Origin: an uncultured Desulfobacterales bacterium
GTDB lineage: Bacteria; Desulfobacterota; Desulfobacteria; Desulfobacterales; C00003060
Length of the DNA: 64,000 bases
Direction of reading: 5' to 3'
NCBI GenBank assembly: GCA_964440795.1
Contig: CAYTTQ010000003.1
Location: 9,307 to 73,306 of the forward strand
In this document: positions 40,641-49,901 of the stretch, one piece after another
Layout: each line of letters opens with the position of its first letter
Position numbering within the stretch: the first letter of the stretch is position 1
Notes under the pieces: model-generated
Told to the model about the DNA's origin: nothing
Database searches by the model: none
The model's input: the letters and a program-made list of their open reading frames with translations, nothing else
Position numbers and translations under genes: made by a program

Positions 40641-41468
40641 TTACAGGCTCATGACAAGTTTGGCGCCGGCGTAGCCGGAAATCGACATGACCGCCGCCAC
40701 TGCCAATCTTAGGGCGGCTCGCAGGTGTCTGTTTTCCGTGTAATCGCCGACGATGGTACTGATGCCGAATCCGGCGTGAAAGAAAACGATCAGGACGAAG
40801 GCCGAATCCATCGCCTTAATGCCGACATGGGAGACCCTGGCCAAGATGGTGTTGACGTCATGGCCCGCCTGGTAAGTTAGGTGCATGAAAAAGAAATGCC
40901 CGGAAACCATGGGCAAAAGGAAGGCCCCGGAAATCCGTTGCAGCTTCCAGAGGGAGGCGTTTGCCGTGGGCCACAGTTTTCTCCAGACAACGAAAGCGGC
41001 CAGGAGGCCGGCGATGAAGACGACGAACCAAAAGAAGCCTGCCGACACCTGCTGGTCGCCCATGAGCATGAACACGCCCAGACTAAATACATAAAGGGCG
41101 CCCAACCCGACAACCCAGCGGATCATCTCGGTGTCATTCCTTACCCGGAAGACTTCGTATAAAATAAGTCTCCCCCCGTTAAACGCATGGAATATGACGG
41201 GAATCGCCAGCGTCCATTCCAGAAAAGCAAACAAGAAGTTGTTCAAAAAGTCCATTTTGGCGGCAAACTCCGCCGGGGTGTACAATCCGGACAAGGTGAC
41301 GATATGAAAGAACATGAAGCCGACCACAGCCACACCGGAAATACGGTGCGCCCAGGTCATGACAGCCCCCCAGCCCCTCGCGGCGGCGTAATAAAAGAGC
41401 CTCTCCCGTAGGGCCAAGATCTTGGTTACGTAGGCCGCAAGGCCGCTTTGTTGTGCCCCTGTGTTCAT
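40641..41468 (-). CDS. Fused SdhC-SdhD cytochrome b membrane anchor
   Basis: First half has HRISG...FHAFNG (SdhC-like), second half has QRISG...FFHAGFG (SdhD-like). ATG at 41468 follows GGAG. Confidence 0.82.
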   Translation of the reverse strand: MNTGAQQSGLAAYVTKILALRERLFYYAAARGWGAVMTWAHRISGVAVVGFMFFHIVTLSGLYTPAEFAAKMDFLNNFLFAFLEWTLAIPVIFHAFNGGRLILYEVFRVRNDTEMIRWVVGLGALYVFSLGVFMLMGDQQVSAGFFWFVVFIAGLLAAFVVWRKLWPTANASLWKLQRISGAFLLPMVSGHFFFMHLTYQAGHDVNTILARVSHVGIKAMDSAFVLIVFFHAGFGISTIVGDYTENRHLRAALRLAVAAVMSISGYAGAKLVMSL

Positions 41469-41854
41469 CACGGACTCCGATTCGATTTTCCGGCCCCCGC
41501 TGTACATACCCCCCTCAGGATCCGCGGGGGTGGTAAGCCTTCTTTCCAGCGTACATCCCGCAGATTTCCTATCACGAACGCCGCCAATGTCAACCATTAC
41601 CCCGAACCCAAATCCACCGCTTGCCGCCCAAGGAGTTGACATTTTTCTTTGTTGTCTGTAATGATCGGCACGATAGGCTTGCAATCTCGCGATTTCACCA
41701 TCATGGTTTTAGAGGCAAATCCGCCGGGGCGGTTTTGGCATAGCTTTTGTATGTTCATGTCGGGGCGTCTTTTTGACAGCGTGACGCCATGGCGGGGGGC
41801 GATCGAGTGGGTAGCCGGCGGCCTTCCAGATGATGGGAAAGAAAGTCTTTGGTT

Positions 41855-42259
41855 ATGTCACAAACAGATTCAAAAGGAGAAAAAGCCCGACCGACGGGCG
41901 CGTGGCTCGACTTTCGAAGGAAGGTTGTCGATGGTCACGATGAGAAAAGACGGTATCCGCGGCTTGAGTTCCATTGTCCGGTGAAAATACAAGGATTTGA
42001 CGGCGTGCACAAGATTACGGATATCGGAATGGGCGGGGTGTTTGTAGAAATTAAAAATGCGTCGCAGGTTAAAGTGGGTCAGGTACTGCAGCTGGCCGTG
42101 AAGTTTCCCACCGAGTATGAACCGACCAAGTTAAAGGCCCAAGTGGTCAACGTTAGGGACCGTGGGATCGGGTTCAAGTTTCTCGATCTTAGTCGAGAAA
42201 ATCAAGAAGTCATACGAGTCTGTTTTAACACCTTCAAAGATACGATACCGATTACGTAA
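41855..42259 (+). CDS. PilZ domain protein
   Basis: KRRYPR (RxxxR), DIGMGG and IGFKF. Start is uncertain. Confidence 0.88.
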   Translation: MSQTDSKGEKARPTGAWLDFRRKVVDGHDEKRRYPRLEFHCPVKIQGFDGVHKITDIGMGGVFVEIKNASQVKVGQVLQLAVKFPTEYEPTKLKAQVVNVRDRGIGFKFLDLSRENQEVIRVCFNTFKDTIPIT

Positions 42260-42266
42260 TCCCTTT

Positions 42267-43241
42267 TTAAAATAGCTTTTGGGGCACAACACGGGGGGGT
42301 CCGGTTAACTTGGCGTTGTTTCCGGTGAGGTTGGTAACGATGTCGTAGGTGTGAGCGACCGCCTCGCTCGATTTGTCCAGATTGAGAAAGGGGGTCATAT
42401 TCGAAACGGCCCTTTCCAATTCCCTGTCGTATGCAATGCTGCCGAGATCGACGGAATTGATCATCATATATTTTTCCGCCACTATCTGGACGATGCGTCC
42501 GGCATTCTTGTCTTTGTGAGACCGGACCATGTTGGTGATAATGGCCGGTTTGATCTTGTGCACTTCTTTCTTTACTGTTTCTCGGGTCTCTGTGCCGTCC
42601 GATTCCTCCACCGCCTGCAGTAAATCTTTTAAGGTTCGCATCTGGAGTTCGTTCTTCGGGTTCATGGCGGTATTGACCAGCGCTTGAAGGGAGGGATTTT
42701 GTCTGGAAAGCTGGACCAATCGTCGAAACACGGCATTTCGTATGAAGCCGTAGGCATTCTGGATGGACGTCGGTTGAGGGGTTAAAACCAGAATCTTCCG
42801 GTGGGAGACGATAAAAAAGTCAAGAAAATGAAACGATGACCCCGCCCCCAAGTCGAGAATGACATAGTCCGAATCGAGCTTGAACAGGTTTTGAATAACC
42901 TTCACTTTCTGAGCGAATTGCAGATTTGCCAAAGAGAGGACTTCGCTGGCGCCGCAGATGAGACGCAGGTTCTCCATGTCCGAGTTTATGCAGATCTCTT
43001 CCAAAGAGGCGTGGCGTTTGGCCACAAAGTCCGCCAGATTGTGCCGGGGATTTTTGATGCCCAACAGGGTATGCAGGTTCGCACCGCCAAGGTCTGCATC
43101 CACGAGAACGGTCCGTTTGCCCATTCGGGCCAACCAAAAGGCCAACAAAGCGGAAACGACGCTTTTGCCCACCCCGCCCTTGCCGCCGCCGACGGCCCAT
43201 AATTCCGGCCTCGCCTTTTTGCTGATGTATTTTTCGATGAT
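42267..43241 (-). CDS. FlhG/MinD-like P-loop ATPase (probable non-canonical ATC start)
   Basis: The frame upstream of the ORF-track GTG reads ELWAVGGGKGGVGKS. Also VDADLGGANL, DLGAG and PTSIQNAYGFIR. Confidence 0.9.
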   Translation of the reverse strand: MIEKYISKKARPELWAVGGGKGGVGKSVVSALLAFWLARMGKRTVLVDADLGGANLHTLLGIKNPRHNLADFVAKRHASLEEICINSDMENLRLICGASEVLSLANLQFAQKVKVIQNLFKLDSDYVILDLGAGSSFHFLDFFIVSHRKILVLTPQPTSIQNAYGFIRNAVFRRLVQLSRQNPSLQALVNTAMNPKNELQMRTLKDLLQAVEESDGTETRETVKKEVHKIKPAIITNMVRSHKDKNAGRIVQIVAEKYMMINSVDLGSIAYDRELERAVSNMTPFLNLDKSSEAVAHTYDIVTNLTGNNAKLTGPPRVVPQKLF

Positions 43242-43280
43242 ATCTTCTCCTTTGAGATTTCGTGGGCCGAACCAAGAAGA

Positions 43281-44456
43281 TTAGGGCTTGATGTATGATT
43301 CCCACAAGCTCAAGATCAAGTTTTGCTCTCCATCACTTCCGGAACAATATTCGCTCAGCTGGGCTTGGGTATGGGGGTCCATCTCCTTAAACTGCAGTCC
43401 CAGGGCGACACTCGTTCCATTTTGCCCGGTTATTTCTTTGCCCCACACGATATTGCTTAGGATGTTCAGGCTTTCTCCGGCGTTGGACAGGCTCACTTGC
43501 AGCTTGGCCGTTGCTCCCACCAGTTCCCCCGGCGGGCCGCTTCGGTACGTATCACCGAGAACGAAACAGGTGCCCCCCACGGAAATATCTTCCGTGAACC
43601 CGTCGAAAACCAAGGGGGAATTATTGGGACCTTTAAAAAAGATTTTTATATTCGCCTTAGTAGGCAATTGGTGTCGCTTTGTCTTTCGTACGGCCGGCGA
43701 AGTATCAGTGCCCGGGGCCTGATCCTTTTCTTCGTAAAGGGCTTTAACCAGCGTTTCCAATTTGGGATACTCTTTGCAAATGCCTTGGAGCCGTTCGCTC
43801 GAGATCTTGACAAGTTCCGAATGCGTAATGGTTTCCACATCCGAGCAGGATCGTTTCTCTTGGTCAAAAGGATAAATCTTTCCGAAAAATTGATTTTCCA
43901 CTAGGTCCGTGCTTGTCCCGTTGCCCTTGTCGGCGCTTTCCTCTGTCGGCGGATATGTCGTTTCCTTGAGGACTCCGGAAACGACGAAATATAGATGATC
44001 CTCCAAATCTCCGCACTTCTTGATCCGTCGTTGTGCAGGGAAACGGACTCGGACCAGCTTCATCATGAAGGCAATCATTTCGGGGTATGTCATTTGGGTG
44101 ATGAAGCCCTTCAACGGAAGGTCGTCCGACCCAATCCGCCTCAAGGTGGCATGGAACCGGCGGGCTTTCTCATGGGATGGCGGGGCGAGACGCCACTCCA
44201 AGATTTTGGCCACCATGGCCTGAAGCATCATCCCCTGATCGGCAAAAAGTCGGCAGGCTTTGCGGTAAGCCCGGACAGCGGCGTCACTGTTTTTGGTGCC
44301 GGCCAACATATCTCCGTAAGTCCGATGGACACCGGGATTATTGGGAAAGATGGCCAGGGTGTTTTCAAAATCCTTCAACGAGTCAAAGGTTAATGACCCC
44401 TCAACGATTCGTTTGGCGATACTATCTTGGTTTTCCGTTGCCGCACGCATGTTCAC
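43281..44456 (-). CDS. Cyclic-nucleotide-binding plus PilZ domain protein
   Basis: TPR-like N-terminus, LYFVVSG...ENQFFG cNMP domain, and RKTKRHQL...DISVGG...LGLQF PilZ domain. Confidence 0.82.
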   Translation of the reverse strand: MNMRAATENQDSIAKRIVEGSLTFDSLKDFENTLAIFPNNPGVHRTYGDMLAGTKNSDAAVRAYRKACRLFADQGMMLQAMVAKILEWRLAPPSHEKARRFHATLRRIGSDDLPLKGFITQMTYPEMIAFMMKLVRVRFPAQRRIKKCGDLEDHLYFVVSGVLKETTYPPTEESADKGNGTSTDLVENQFFGKIYPFDQEKRSCSDVETITHSELVKISSERLQGICKEYPKLETLVKALYEEKDQAPGTDTSPAVRKTKRHQLPTKANIKIFFKGPNNSPLVFDGFTEDISVGGTCFVLGDTYRSGPPGELVGATAKLQVSLSNAGESLNILSNIVWGKEITGQNGTSVALGLQFKEMDPHTQAQLSEYCSGSDGEQNLILSLWESYIKP

Positions 44457-44470
44457 GTTTTAATCCTCAA

Positions 44471-45262
44471 TCAATTCTGCTTGCCGTTGTTCAACGCGTC
44501 CACTAAGGCGTCGATGCGCTGGTTCATTATTTCCGCTTTTTTCTGTTGAAGTCGCATCACCTCATAACAAGACTTGAGCTTTTTATCGTTGGCGAGCACC
44601 ATCTTGCCGAGCTTTACCACCCGTTTTTCACTCAAATTGATCTGTTTTTGAAGGGTTTCTACCACTGCGGTTGACGCCCCGCCGGCTGTGTCTTCGTTAA
44701 ACCCCTTAATCAAGTTTTCCAGATCTCCTCTTTCCTCATCGGAAAGCCCGCCGCCCTGAGTTTTTCCCACGCCGGGATCAGTAGCCTTTGGTGTTTCCGT
44801 CCCGGTGTCTCTCTTTGTTGGCGCTTCAGCCGCGGAAGGAGCCGGCTCCGTAGTCTCTTCGTCCGCCGGCTCTTCCAAGGTCAGGATGTCGTCTTCGGTT
44901 TCCTCTTCGGAATCGGTTTCTCCCGAGACCAGCGCTTCAAAGGCACGGGCGTCCGCATCCGCCCCCTCCTCGTCACCAAGGCCTGCTCCCGGTGCCGAAT
45001 CTCCGTCTTCGGGCGTTACATCGTCCGTCGACGTGTGCGAGGTAGACACTTCGACGGCCTCTTCCGGCGTTGATTCCGGTTCCGTAGCAATGGTGGCTGG
45101 TTCCGCTGTTTTGGCTTCGTCCGTTTCGGCAATCCCGTCAGGCTCAGATAGTGGGGCGGCGGAATCTTCCGGATCTTCCGGGGTGGCGTTCCCGGCCGCC
45201 ACCAGTTCGTCCAGGGCCCGGTCCAGAGGTTCCTCGGCATTTATGTCTTGACTGGGGGTAAT
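44471..45262 (-). CDS. Acidic, low-complexity protein with C-terminal coiled coil (probable ATT start)
   Basis: About 190 E/D/T/P/A-rich residues, then heptads LQKQINLSEKRV...MNQRIDALVDAL. The ORF track starts at GTG 45202, but the frame is open back to an ATT behind AAGGAGG. Confidence 0.78.
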   Translation of the reverse strand: MTPSQDINAEEPLDRALDELVAAGNATPEDPEDSAAPLSEPDGIAETDEAKTAEPATIATEPESTPEEAVEVSTSHTSTDDVTPEDGDSAPGAGLGDEEGADADARAFEALVSGETDSEEETEDDILTLEEPADEETTEPAPSAAEAPTKRDTGTETPKATDPGVGKTQGGGLSDEERGDLENLIKGFNEDTAGGASTAVVETLQKQINLSEKRVVKLGKMVLANDKKLKSCYEVMRLQQKKAEIMNQRIDALVDALNNGKQN

Positions 45263-45302
45263 GGTCGTTCCCTCCTTTTTGCGGTATGACAGTAAGGGAC
45301 GG

Positions 45303-46202
45303 TTATTTGAGCTTTTCTAGTTCATCCTCGATTTTGTTGTCCAGCCGGGCGATCTTATCCTCGGTCGCCGAGTCCACATCCGGGAGACCGTTCTTAGACG
45401 GCACACCGTTCTTTTTGTAGACAAGCGTACAGAGCAACGCGACAATCATGGCGGACAGCACAGTAAGCGCCCCCAACAGATAGACTTGCACAGGGGTGCC
45501 GGTGGGTGACGTATTCGCCACCTTCTCCCCCCTGCTTATTGTTTCAGCGGTATCCACCGCAGATCGAGAATCCCGTTGAGGTGTCCCGGCCGGCTCGTTT
45601 GGTTTTAACGGTGTTTTTGTGCCGGTGCGTGCCGGTGGGATTTCAGACGCCGATGCTGTTTGAGACATCGATTTACGGGCGGTGTCAGTGCGCTGTCCTG
45701 TCTCCTCTGTCTTCCCTGGGGGCTCTTTACCTGCTGCGGTCTCGGGTAATGGTGGTTGGGTGTCCGCAACAGCGGATTCCAAGTTCCGAACAGCTGGATC
45801 TGCCGCCGATACATCTATGGGCCGGATGTCCAGGACCAATCGCGGCGGGTCAGACAGGCGTAAAGTGGTCAACTTGGGGAGAGGAAAAGCCAAGTGAATC
45901 TGTGCGGTCAAATTTTCGTCCTGTTTTTGGAACTGCAAATATTCTATCCGCTCCGTGGTTTCCCCCGGAATCTTTTCGGGGAGAACCGTGGAGGTGTTGG
46001 AAAACAGAACGGATATCTCCTTTTCACCGTTCAAAACCGGTTCTTCGTAAGTGGGAGCGGTATTGAATTCAAATACCAATCGGGTGTGGTCGTTATGTTC
46101 CCCGATTCGGATATATCGTAGTTCCGCGCCATCGGCCGAAAGGGTTAGGACGAAAAAAGCCAAGCTAAAACCGACTGTTCCCAGCACACTCTTTATCCAC
46201 AT
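45303..46202 (-). CDS. Membrane-anchored protein with N-terminal AMIN-like domain
   Basis: Signal peptide, LRYIRIGEHNDHTRLVFEF...LSDPPRLVLDI, Pro/Thr-rich linker, C-terminal TM and short helical tail. Confidence 0.75.
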   Translation of the reverse strand: MWIKSVLGTVGFSLAFFVLTLSADGAELRYIRIGEHNDHTRLVFEFNTAPTYEEPVLNGEKEISVLFSNTSTVLPEKIPGETTERIEYLQFQKQDENLTAQIHLAFPLPKLTTLRLSDPPRLVLDIRPIDVSAADPAVRNLESAVADTQPPLPETAAGKEPPGKTEETGQRTDTARKSMSQTASASEIPPARTGTKTPLKPNEPAGTPQRDSRSAVDTAETISRGEKVANTSPTGTPVQVYLLGALTVLSAMIVALLCTLVYKKNGVPSKNGLPDVDSATEDKIARLDNKIEDELEKLK

Positions 46203-46257
46203 ATCATCTCACTCCTGCCGGTGACCCGGCAAATGACCTCAGCACGCTGTGCAATAT

Positions 46258-46275
46258 ATTCAAGATCCGTACCAA
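46258..46275 (-). promoter_or_regulatory. Possible sigma54 promoter with a variant -12 element
   Basis: Minus strand TTGGTACGGATCTTGAA: good -24 element, -12 reads TTGA rather than TTGC. Confidence 0.38.
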
Positions 46276-46470
46276 GTCTATGCTAAATCTCTGACGCCGT
46301 TGCGGTATCGACGCAGTCTATAATCAGGGGTGATTTGAATCGATATTAGCTATTTGACCTATGGCGGAAAGCATAAGAAAATAACTAAAGGTCCAATCAG
46401 TCGGAAATGAACGAAACATCAATTAGGGCCTTGGCTAAACGGGCCAGGCAAGCGGATAAGGAGGCGGTCT

Positions 46471-47067
46471 ATGGAGACCCTGGATTGCACCGGGCTATGG
46501 TGCCCGCAGCCGGTCATTCGGACCAAACAGTTTATCGAATCGAAGCCGGACGTGAACCGGTTTGTGGTTGAAGTTGACAATGACGCGTCGGCTCAGAATG
46601 TCGCCCGATTTGCCGAAAACCAAGGGTTCACGGTAAACGTCGGATCGAACGGTTCGGTGCTCAAGGTTCAGGCCGACAAATCCCACGAGGGCTCTCCCGT
46701 AGCACAAGAAGAAGTCGCCGCACAATCCATTGAAAAAACACTCATACTGATTACGTCCGATTCTATGGGCTCCGGCGATGAAATGTTGGGTGGCAAGCTC
46801 ATGATGAACTACATCAACACGTTAGAAGAAATGGGTGACGCTTTGTGGCGAATCATCTTTTTGAACAGTGGGGTGAAACTCACGGTTGAAGGAGCCCAAA
46901 CGCTGCCGGTCCTGCATAAGTTGGAATCACAGGGTATCGATATTCTGGTTTGTGGAACCTGCCTGACTCATTTCGATTTGCTCGAACAAAAAAAAGTGGG
47001 GGAAACCACCAACATGCTCGACGTGGTGACAAGTATGCAGCTGGCGGGTAAAGTCATTAGTGTATGA
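46471..47067 (+). CDS. yedF: Sulfurtransferase-like selenium metabolism protein YedF (TusA plus DsrE domains)
   Basis: LDCTGLWCPQPVI, VDNDASAQNV, LGGKLM, FLNSGVKL, CGTCL and GETTNMLDVV motifs. Confidence 0.9.
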   Translation: METLDCTGLWCPQPVIRTKQFIESKPDVNRFVVEVDNDASAQNVARFAENQGFTVNVGSNGSVLKVQADKSHEGSPVAQEEVAAQSIEKTLILITSDSMGSGDEMLGGKLMMNYINTLEEMGDALWRIIFLNSGVKLTVEGAQTLPVLHKLESQGIDILVCGTCLTHFDLLEQKKVGETTNMLDVVTSMQLAGKVISV

Positions 47068-47448
47068 CGCCCTTGTATCTGTGTATGAGGTCTGAACCCT
47101 TCCCATAATGTGGATGTTTCTTTAAAGTCTTTTCAGGCGAGTAAGGCGTACCCTTTGCGATGTGGCCGATGGGAAAATTTTCCCCCTCCCGGACAGCTCC
47201 CGGAACTTCTTTCTGGTCCCGGCGGTGTAATATGTCCGCCTCCGGCCTCGACTTACCTCCCAGCTACCCGTAAGATGCCTATATTATAAGAATAAAGTAT
47301 ATCCCTCCCCCCTTTTTCGTATTTCTTCTTTTTTCGGCATATCCCCTGCAAACTACCCGATTCAGCGATTCCGGATCAGCAGAAAATGTTGTCGAGGCGT
47401 TGACAAATGTCCAAACCTTCTTACGCTGTAGAAACAGAGTAACGGAAT

Positions 47449-47799
47449 ATGTTCAAACGTATTTGCCATACACCGGACGGCGATTTCTTCAAGGACCGCC
47501 GGAGTGGAAAAGACCGACGCAAAACCATCGATCCCCGTTATCGGAACCCGGCATATCCGGAATTTGTTGATCGCCGGAGGGAGGACAGGCGGCGACCGGG
47601 AGAGGAAGGCATGGACTGTGTCGTCACCGAGCACCCGAATTCTCAACTGGTTACCACCATTGGGATTTTGGCGGGTCTGTTTTTGCTCTGCCTTTTCTTC
47701 CTTACCACCATCGACGTGGACCGGATGGCCGAGGTGGAAAGGGCGGCCAGTATCTTTTGCGATAATATTATCCCCTATATCCTGCCCTGGTCGTTTTAG
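47449..47799 (+). CDS. Small membrane protein with repeated DRR-xxx-DRR motifs
   Basis: DRRSGKDRR and DRRREDRRR, followed by one TM helix. Confidence 0.6.
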   Translation: MFKRICHTPDGDFFKDRRSGKDRRKTIDPRYRNPAYPEFVDRRREDRRRPGEEGMDCVVTEHPNSQLVTTIGILAGLFLLCLFFLTTIDVDRMAEVERAASIFCDNIIPYILPWSF

Positions 47800-47810
47800 G
47801 GGATCTCCCG

Positions 47811-48599
47811 ATGATTCCAAAACTGGCCCTGTGTAATTTTCTTTCCGATCCCCGGGACCTCAAAGCGCTGGCTTTTGAGTATGGCTTTTCCGGTGTGGAC
47901 TGGTCTTTTGATCTTAAATCGGTGCCGGATTCGCCATCTGCTGAGGCCCATTGGGCGGAAACCCTCTCTGCCTTGGGGCCGCTTGAGATCCGCTACCATT
48001 GTCCTTTTTACAAGCTCGACTTGGGTCACGACGACCCGGAGGAAGCGGAAAAGGCGGCCCGTCTATTCCAGCGTATTATCGGACTGGTCTCCCGGGCCCA
48101 AGGTCGATTTCTGACCGTGCATATCGGTCTCGGGCACGACTCGACACAACCCCTGTCCTGGGACTTGACGGTTTCGAAACTTCGGGATCTTGTTGACTAT
48201 GGGGCGTCACTCGGGGTTAAGGTATGCTTGGAAAACCTGGCCTGGGGGTGGACGAGTAAGCCGAACCTGTTTGAAAAGCTCGTCCGGGGCAGTGGTGCCG
48301 GTGTCACATTCGATATCGGCCATGCGCACGCCAGCGAAGCGGTTCGGAGCCACTATTTTTCGCCCAAGGATTTTGTAAGCCCCCACGCCGATTGCCTGTA
48401 CAATACGCACATTTACCACACCGAGGTTTCCGGGTTGGGACACGTTCCTCCCCGGCGGGTACAGGATATCGAAGATCGGTTGGATATTGTCCGACTCAGC
48501 CACTGCGACTGGTGGGTTCTTGAGGTGCGGGAGATAAACGGTTTGCTTCAGACCAGACAGGTCGTGGACGAATACCTCAAACAACGGAATCGACAATGA
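47811..48599 (+). CDS. Sugar phosphate isomerase/epimerase (xylose isomerase-like TIM barrel)
   Basis: CLENL, FDIGHA, HIYH and VLEV metal-ligand pattern. Confidence 0.82.
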   Translation: MIPKLALCNFLSDPRDLKALAFEYGFSGVDWSFDLKSVPDSPSAEAHWAETLSALGPLEIRYHCPFYKLDLGHDDPEEAEKAARLFQRIIGLVSRAQGRFLTVHIGLGHDSTQPLSWDLTVSKLRDLVDYGASLGVKVCLENLAWGWTSKPNLFEKLVRGSGAGVTFDIGHAHASEAVRSHYFSPKDFVSPHADCLYNTHIYHTEVSGLGHVPPRRVQDIEDRLDIVRLSHCDWWVLEVREINGLLQTRQVVDEYLKQRNRQ

Positions 48600-49897
48600 A
48601 GATTATACTCGTCCTGTTGGACGGCCTCGGGGATCGCTCCTATGTGCGGTTCCAAAACCAAACGCCTCTGCAGGTTGCCCACACGCCGAATTTGGACCGC
48701 CTTGCCGGCATAGGCAGCAATGGCTGCTTTCATGCAAGTGTCTGCGGAGAGTGCTTGCCCAGTGAAATGGCCCATTATCTGCTCTTCGGATATTCCCGGC
48801 CGAGTTTCCCCGGTCGTGGATTGTTGGAGGCGGTGGGTGAGAAAATTCCGTTCCGTAACGACGACGTAGTCGCTCTGGCCCATCTATCTTACATAAAGTG
48901 GCAAGGCTCGGAACCTGTCCTGGTGGACAAACGGCCCGCCATGCCGGACGGGGACCTGGCGGCGCTCTTGTCGGCCGTGGGTACCGCCAGGTTTGGGGGG
49001 TGCGATTTTAGCCTCCACCCGACGCGAGGTCACGACGGTCTATTGCGGATCCGAGGGGAGGTATCGGCCCAGGTCTCAGACTCCGATCCCATGATGCCGG
49101 GACAACCGATGGCCCGGATTCATCCGTTGGACGGCAATCCGGAACCGATACGGGCCGCGCGGACCGCCGATGCCTTAAATGCCTATCTGACCTATTGTCA
49201 TACCGTCCTGGAGAATCATGCTGTCAACCGCAGCCGACAGGCCAAGGGACTCGCGGCAGGAAACTTTCTGGCCACCCAACGTTGTGGCAAGCGGGTGGCT
49301 CAGGACCCGTTTGGCGAGAAATGGGGTATGAAAGGGCGTCTGATCGCTTCCGGAGCGGTGTACGGCGGGCTGGCTCAAGAACTGGGATTGACCTTTGAGC
49401 GGGCAGTGGATACGTCCGCTCCAGGAGAAGACCTGGGCCGGCGTGTGCAGATGGCCTTGGATGACGAAACGCATGAGTTTGTCCACGTCCACACCAAGGT
49501 GCCCGACGAAGCGGCTCATACGGGAGATCCCGAAAATAAAAGGGTCGCCATCGGGGAACTGGATGATGGGTTGAGGCCCTTGGTCGACGCGGTGAGTAAC
49601 GGACGGGATGACTTGGTGGTGGCCGTAACGGCGGATCACTCCACACCGAGCGTGTCCAAATTGATTCACTCCGGGGAACCGGTACCGCTAACCCTCGTCG
49701 GCAGACATGTCCGGCGGGACAAAGTAACATCCTTTGACGAGATCAGTGCCGCCAAGGGATGTCTTGGCCTTCTGCGGGGCCGGGAGTTGATGCTCATGTT
49801 GCTCAACTACGCCGATCGTTCCGCCCTTGTCGGTCACTGTTTGGACGGCCGAAGCAGGCCCTATATGCCGAGACGTTATCCTCCCTTCGAGCCCTAA
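48596..49897 (+). CDS. apgM: Cofactor-independent phosphoglycerate mutase (ApgM-like, alkaline phosphatase superfamily)
   Basis: LLDGLGD, TPNLD, PSEMAH, PDEAAH and TADHSTP...HSGEPVP motifs. Confidence 0.82.
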   Translation: MKIILVLLDGLGDRSYVRFQNQTPLQVAHTPNLDRLAGIGSNGCFHASVCGECLPSEMAHYLLFGYSRPSFPGRGLLEAVGEKIPFRNDDVVALAHLSYIKWQGSEPVLVDKRPAMPDGDLAALLSAVGTARFGGCDFSLHPTRGHDGLLRIRGEVSAQVSDSDPMMPGQPMARIHPLDGNPEPIRAARTADALNAYLTYCHTVLENHAVNRSRQAKGLAAGNFLATQRCGKRVAQDPFGEKWGMKGRLIASGAVYGGLAQELGLTFERAVDTSAPGEDLGRRVQMALDDETHEFVHVHTKVPDEAAHTGDPENKRVAIGELDDGLRPLVDAVSNGRDDLVVAVTADHSTPSVSKLIHSGEPVPLTLVGRHVRRDKVTSFDEISAAKGCLGLLRGRELMLMLLNYADRSALVGHCLDGRSRPYMPRRYPPFEP

Positions 49898-49901
49898 CGC
49901 C

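Noticed and set aside
41469-41684. N-terminal 72-aa extension of the Sdh anchor ORF
   Set aside because: It is non-hydrophobic and runs through the promoter region. An SD-supported ATG exists at 41468.
41735-41751. Sigma54 promoter for the PilZ gene (TTGGCATAGCTTTTGTA)
   Set aside because: The -12 element reads GT instead of the near-invariant GC, so it is too weak to list.
46471-47448. Selenocysteine read-through or a SECIS linked to yedF
   Set aside because: yedF ends at its normal C-terminus, and no gene in the window shows an internal TGA at a Cys position.
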